Source: Malacoraja senta (lineage: Eukaryota). Taken from it: DNA of 64,000 bases. The stretch lies in assembly GCA_038087875.1 (NCBI GenBank), contig CM075992.1, forward strand, positions 11,100,001 to 11,164,000, read 5' to 3'. Of this stretch, positions 61,301-64,000 are shown piece by piece (positions within the stretch are counted from its first letter, which is position 1; the number at the start of each line of letters is the position of its first letter). The notes beneath the pieces are model-generated. The model had not been told where the DNA came from. It ran no database searches and saw nothing but the letters and a program-made list of their open reading frames with translations. A program made the translations under genes and the position numbers.

Positions 61301-63413
61301 CCCACTGCCTTTCTCTCCCTCGACCAGAAGGCTTTCGACAGGCTGGATCACGAGTATCTGTTGAGGACTCTGCGGGTGTTTGGGTTCGGACCGCACTTTG
61401 TGTCCCGGATCCGGCTTTTATACACCACCGCAGAGTGCCTCATGGAAGTGAACGGATCCTTGACGGCCCCCATTCCCTTCCACAGAGGAGTACGTCATGG
61501 CTGCCCCATGTCAGGCCGACTGTACGCCATCTGCGTGGAGCCATTCCTCAGTCTGCATCGGAGGAAGTTGACGGGCATGGTTCTACGTGAGCCGGACATG
61601 GAGGTGGTCCTCTCGGTCTATGCCGATGACGTGCTCCTCATGGTCACCAACCCCGTCGACCTGCAGAGTGCCAACGAGTCTTCTCAGCCGCCGCCTCTGC
61701 CAGAATCAACTGGGGGAAATGTTCTGGACTCTTGGTGGTTCCCAGGCAGGATGAGATGAAGTCTTTAATGTGGAGTACCACACACCTCCTCTACATGGGA
61801 GTCTACATGAGTCCCGTTGCGGATACCTGGCCGGCGAACTGGCAGGAGCTGGAGATGAAAGTCGTCACCCGGCTGGGGCGCTGGGCGGGTCTCCTCAGAG
61901 TGCTTTCCTACTGGGGCAGGGTGTTGGTCATTAACCAACTTGTGGCCTCCATGCTCTGGTACAGATCGACCACATTGGTCCCATCAGACACCTTTGCTGG
62001 GATCATCCCGAAGAAGTTGGTGGACTTCTTCTGGGGCAATGGAAAGCACTGGGTCTCTGCAGCGGTCCTGAGTCTCCCGATCGAGGAGGGCTGTCAGTCG
62101 CTGGTGTGCATTCGCACCAAGTTGGCGGCTCTCCACCTCAGGACCTTGCAGAGATACCTGTACTCAGGGCATCCTCCCAGGTGGCACATGCTGGCGACGC
62201 ACTTTTTCCAACGGGGCCGCTGCCTTCAAGGAGGTACGCGGATCTCGATGGTGGGCGTCAGCCGTGCGGTCCTGATGCGGATGCCCGGCTTCTACAGGGA
62301 CTTGTTGAGAGTCTGGAACCTGGTTGCTGTCGACCAGCCCCCCCTCCGCCGGCGGAAGGTGACGGCCCGGGCGTGTGAGCAGCCAAACCTTGTCCCGCCC
62401 CACCGGGTGTCGGGGGGGCTCAAACGTGTGGAGTACCTGTGGTTGAGCAAACACCCGCTCAGCCGCAAGTATTCATCGGACCCAGGCGCCGTAATCCTTC
62501 CCGGGAGCCGGTCCCACACAATTTAAGCCGCCTTTCCTCAACACCTTTCATCTCCCTCCAAGATGCAGGGAGGCGTGTCCTGTACGGGCTCCTCCTCCAC
62601 ACCCTGCACTTCCTCGCCCTGGTCCACCGTCCGGACACCAAGTGGCGGACGGTGTCGCGAGGGGGGCCACCGGTGGGGGTCCCACCACACAGGGATTCTC
62701 CCCCTCTACATTGGGGACCTGGGGTGGAGGGTATTGCACCGAGGTGTTCCCTGCAACCTCGCGCTTCACCTCTCTCGTGGTTCAGACTCGCCAGCCGCAT
62801 GCCACTTTTGCGGGCTGGAAGAGTCTGTGTACCACGTGTACATGGAGTGAGTGAGGCTGCAGCCACTGTTTGAATACCTAAAGGGGCTGCTCCTTGCCTT
62901 CTGGCTGCATTTTGCATCCACCATCCCCATCTTTGGACACCCTGTGCCTAGGGGAGAGGGTAGGGCTGAAGATGTCCTGCTTGGGTTGCTCCTGGGCCTG
63001 GCCAAGCTGGCCATCCGTGAGTCAAGGCGCCAGGCGGTGGAGGGCTTTACCAGACCCGGCTGCCTGCCCCTGTTCCGGGGTTACGTCCGTGCCCGGGTGG
63101 GGTTAGAAAGGGAATACGCCAAGTCCACGGGCACCCTGAGGGAGTTCCGGGACCGCTGGGGTCTCCAGAGTGTTGAATGTATCCTCAATAAGGATTGTAA
63201 CATAGTTGTATAGTAGTTTATTATGGATATATGTTTATATTGTATTATGGTGGTGGGTTCTGGCTTGATTTATTGTAGTGCAAATATTGTTTTTTAATAA
63301 TTGAATAATTTTTTTGATTTTAAAAAAGGGATATGAATCCCCATCCGACAGCTCTCAGGATCACTGGAGTACACAAGTCTCTCCTCCATGTCAAGGTTGC
63401 AGTCCAGGAGAGG
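58330..63413 (-). mobile_element. Bipartite internally deleted RTE element (58330-58923 and 63340-63413), split by Tx1
   Basis: N-terminal EN motif VGTWNIQTM...RYNLLVLGLTE fused to C-terminal ALKWNP...WRR...WRIFVNG; TAAG-type tail; TSD TCCTCACTGTRAT at 58317 and 63414. Confidence 0.75.
58924..63326 (+). mobile_element. Tx1-clade (L1 group) LINE, 5'-truncated in ORF1, ORF2 frameshifted
   Basis: EN (SSGVAILL, NAYAP, GGDFNC, HIDRLY, SDH), RT (HPDQSY, LDQKAFDRLDH, YADD), C-terminal CxxC..HV; A-rich tail; 13-bp TSD AGGGATATGAATC at 58911 and 63327. Confidence 0.92.
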
Positions 63414-63616
63414 TCCTCACTGTAATGGAAGGTAAAATGTTAGGCCGCAATGCAGACCGAGATATGATACAGAAAGATATCGCATCTCTGTCGAGGTAAG
63501 AGATTAGAAAAAGTTTCCTCCAACCGCCCCACGCCCCCAGCCCCCATCCCCTGCACCCCTCCAACCCCCCACATAAAACAAGCTAAAGATCACTAAAGAC
63601 ATACATATAACACATA

Positions 63617-64000
63617 CTAGACTAAGTGGGACCCGTTGGGTCCCAGCATCACACGGGAGGGCTGGTCACCCAAGCATTATTCCACCTCTCCACCAATTCC
63701 AATATTGCTGGCCGTTGGGGGGGGGGGTTCTGTTGCACTAGTATGGGTGTTGTGGGCCGAAGGGACTGGTTTCCAGAGGGATAGTATGGACATTGTGGGC
63801 CAAATGGATTCTTGGGCTGACAGCTCAGTCACTGAGGCCTGGCAGTACAGTCACTCGTACCTGGCAGGCTGGCAGCTGAGAAACTGCCAGAAATTCTGCC
63901 CAAAACAGGTGACAGACTCTGAGAGAGAATGGGGAGAGGATGGACTGAATGGAATATTGGGCTGGCAGTTCAGTCACTTACGGATGGTGGGCTGGCAGTT
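63617..64000 (-). mobile_element. 3' end of a second non-autonomous Helitron (continues beyond the window)
   Basis: CTAG|T end with hairpin GGGACCC-GTT-GGGTCCC at 63628-63644. Confidence 0.7.

Overview
Eukaryotic, repeat-dense vertebrate DNA, most likely an elasmobranch (skate/ray/shark). That inference rests on the HER1-type CR1 LINE, HE1/V-SINE and Penelope repeat content. There is a 200-N gap at 4658-4857. The only host gene I can support is the 3' half of an adhesion GPCR of the EGF-TM7 group (ADGRE5/CD97-like) on the + strand. It has eight exons with canonical AG/GT splice sites that join in one open frame: GPS exon 249-407, 7TM exons 15333-32403, C-tail 41111-41200 and 43474-43506, with a candidate polyA signal at 44949. 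The ORF track misses several of these exons. Nearly everything else is transposable-element sequence: many CR1 copies, a structurally complete but mutated DIRS1 element (about 8996-14088), a Passport-like Tc1 one base from an open frame (17565-19179), an internally deleted chromovirus (49331-53231), a Tx1/L1 nested in a bipartite RTE, non-autonomous Helitrons, Penelope fragments with hammerhead-like cores, Rex1/Babar, SINEs and MITEs. I see no convincing wholly new biological system. The most unusual items are an orphan antisense EGF exon fragment in an intron of the EGF-TM7 gene, possible horizontally acquired elements and several informative nested insertions. All family names come from recall of motifs, not from database searches. 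Boundaries of degraded repeats are approximate.
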